NCBI GenBank assembly: GCA_030704615.1
Contig: CM060732.1
Coordinates: forward strand, 83,018,001 to 83,082,000
Length of the DNA stretch: 64,000 bases
DNA from: Takakia lepidozioides
Taxonomy: Eukaryota; Plantae; Bryophyta
Reading direction: 5' to 3'
Positions 62,113-64,000 of the stretch are shown here, one piece after another. Below the pieces are notes generated by a model. It worked only from the letters and a program-made list of their open reading frames with translations, had not been told where the DNA came from and searched no databases. The position numbers and the translations under genes are program-made. How positions within the stretch are numbered: position 1 is the first letter of the stretch; every line of letters begins with the position of its first letter.

Positions 62113-63824
62113 CTATTCCATCCTGTAGACGTCTCGGGGCTCTACCCAACTGAATGGTTTGTTCATGAAGCGGAACACTACTTGGGCTAATGTGAGCCTC
62201 TCGGACGGGACCGTGCTATCATATAACCCTCGTAGGGCGGAATCCCAACATAGGCCCGTGTATTGATCATTGAAAAGACTGGCATCATACGAATCGCCAC
62301 CATTTATTCTTACCGCTATCTTCCCAACTGCAAAGGCCTCCGAGGTCATGTCCCGGGTGTGCATGTGTGGTGTGTCATCCACCTGGCTGTTTTCCTTGTT
62401 AAAAGCCATGACAATTGCAGGTTCCATCCACCATCTATGTTTGAGAGCCCGCGTCATTTTGTCTTTGTTTTCAAACTGGTACGACGAGGTTTTGCGTATC
62501 TCCATTGAGGTGGCCAACCCCCAATCACACACTCCAATCTTAACCTCCTCGGTGTCATGTGGAAAATGCAACAAGATGATGTCGGGAGACAAGTTGTTGT
62601 GCATGACATGGTTCTTATGGACAGCATGCATAATGCTCACTAGTGCCATGCAAGTTTGCTGCGCTCTCTCCGGAAACGAATCAAGCGATCGATTTCCTGG
62701 TAATGTTCTTCCGTTCCCGGCTGTCTTTGAATCTTCCTATTGTTCCAATCACTTCCCCATTTTTTGTCAATGTTCAACATGTCGCGTATTGTTCCTCCAT
62801 TCCACCAGCGAGTATAACCTTCTAGCTCACGTGCATTCACAGCAAAGTATGTAATGACTCCCGCATGTTGGAATTTAATTGCCAAAGACTCGTCGTTATA
62901 TTGCCTTACCGCGACTTCCGGGTTTTTCGCCTTGGGTGTTTTCCCTATTAGCTCCCAACTACACGGTATTCGTGAATCGCCAACAATCCTACACTTACGA
63001 ACCTTGGCATATCCTCTTTCTTTGTAGGGGCCAAGTTGTTGGACCTGAGCACTTGTGTTGACGTAAATAAGACTTATTGTGCCTCCCCCGCTCGATGACG
63101 CCGCCTTCCAAGGGAGTAACTTTGTCCGGTGATGTGCATTGGCGCTTGCCGAATGCGCCCACCACTCGACAAGTTGGAATAACTCGATTTCCCAGCTAGG
63201 CACTCGATCTTTGGTTGTTCTATCCTTCTATGTGCTCATTACCTGCCTCAGATTCCATGTGGCGTCTTTTGCCCTACTCTCGAGCCACTGCAAAAATTTC
63301 GGCTTGTTTCTATCCTCTGTCCATTGATCTCCAGCCAAAGCCTCCCTCATTCTTTTCTCCATATTTTGCTGAAAAATACAAAACCCCTCGTGTCCATGCC
63401 GGACATAAGCACTTTGCAGCCTCATCATGTCTTTTTCTTTGAAATAATCAAATATTAATTTTTTAACCTTGTCCTCTGGTCCTGGATAGTGTTGCTTGTT
63501 GACCTGACTATCTCGCTCGTGGGCATGTTTTCTCTTCCTCCGACCCCCAGATGACGACCCCGGCCCAGAATTTGAGTTTGCACTCCCTGATATTATAAAC
63601 CTTTGCCCACTGCAGGGGATGGGAGGGAAAATAGATAATGGATGTGCGTGGCTGCAATCTTCGTATTTTCTGCACAAACGGGTCACATGAGATCCTAAAA
63701 CGATAAAATGGTGAAGAAATGATGCTATAATGATGGAATGGTGAATAGGGGCTCGAATAGGTGTGGGACCAACCCAATTAAAAATCGACAAAACTTCTCC
63801 CTTTCCAAACAAACACCTTTGCAC
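62113..63824 (-). pseudogene. Intronless protein-kinase-like pseudogene (internal stop at 63228, frameshift at ~62645); true start uncertain
   Basis: ERGYAKVRKC (Gly loop), LIGKTPK, NDESLA, WWNGGTI, MHNNLSPDIILL (catalytic loop), VCDWGLAT, WWMEP, SEAFAVG. Confidence 0.75.
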
Positions 63825-64000
63825 ACGTTGGCAGTGCCACGCAACGAAGTCCGAAGACTATAGGAAGCCAAGGAACTACACTCATGGAGGAGCAAAAGTG
63901 ATCATAAAGCGGAGGGAGATGTTTGTCCATGTTTGTGCATGCGATTGTCTTAACTCTATTGGGACACATGTGACCCTCAAGGCGCGTGTCACCCGTTGGA

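Overview
Eukaryotic, intron-containing land-plant DNA, most likely a non-seed plant (inferred from the TE families). The only clear host gene is the 3' part of an XBAT32/33-like ankyrin-RING E3 ligase (7 exons, 698-5924). The rest is nested transposable elements: two L1-type LINEs (one inserted in the other and carrying a MITE), two tRNA-derived SINEs, a young Ty3/Gypsy chromovirus, a CACTA remnant, a Helentron/Helitron remnant with tandem arrays, and a kinase-like pseudogene. The main result is a cluster of related Mutator-like (MULE) elements from about 20.6 to 52.2 kb. They pair a GCM-like/DDE/SWIM transposase head-to-head with a spliced cargo gene. That gene encodes a ParB/Sulfiredoxin-like N-terminal domain and, in one subfamily, a C-terminal beta-class N4C/N6A DNA-methyltransferase fold with an atypical DIPD catalytic motif. 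Five cargo-gene copies are present, four with introns at shared positions, and each subfamily has its own palindromic repeat arrays. This suggests a transposon-encoded DNA-binding/DNA-modification (possibly anti-silencing) system. All domain calls are by eye from motifs, and no database search was run.
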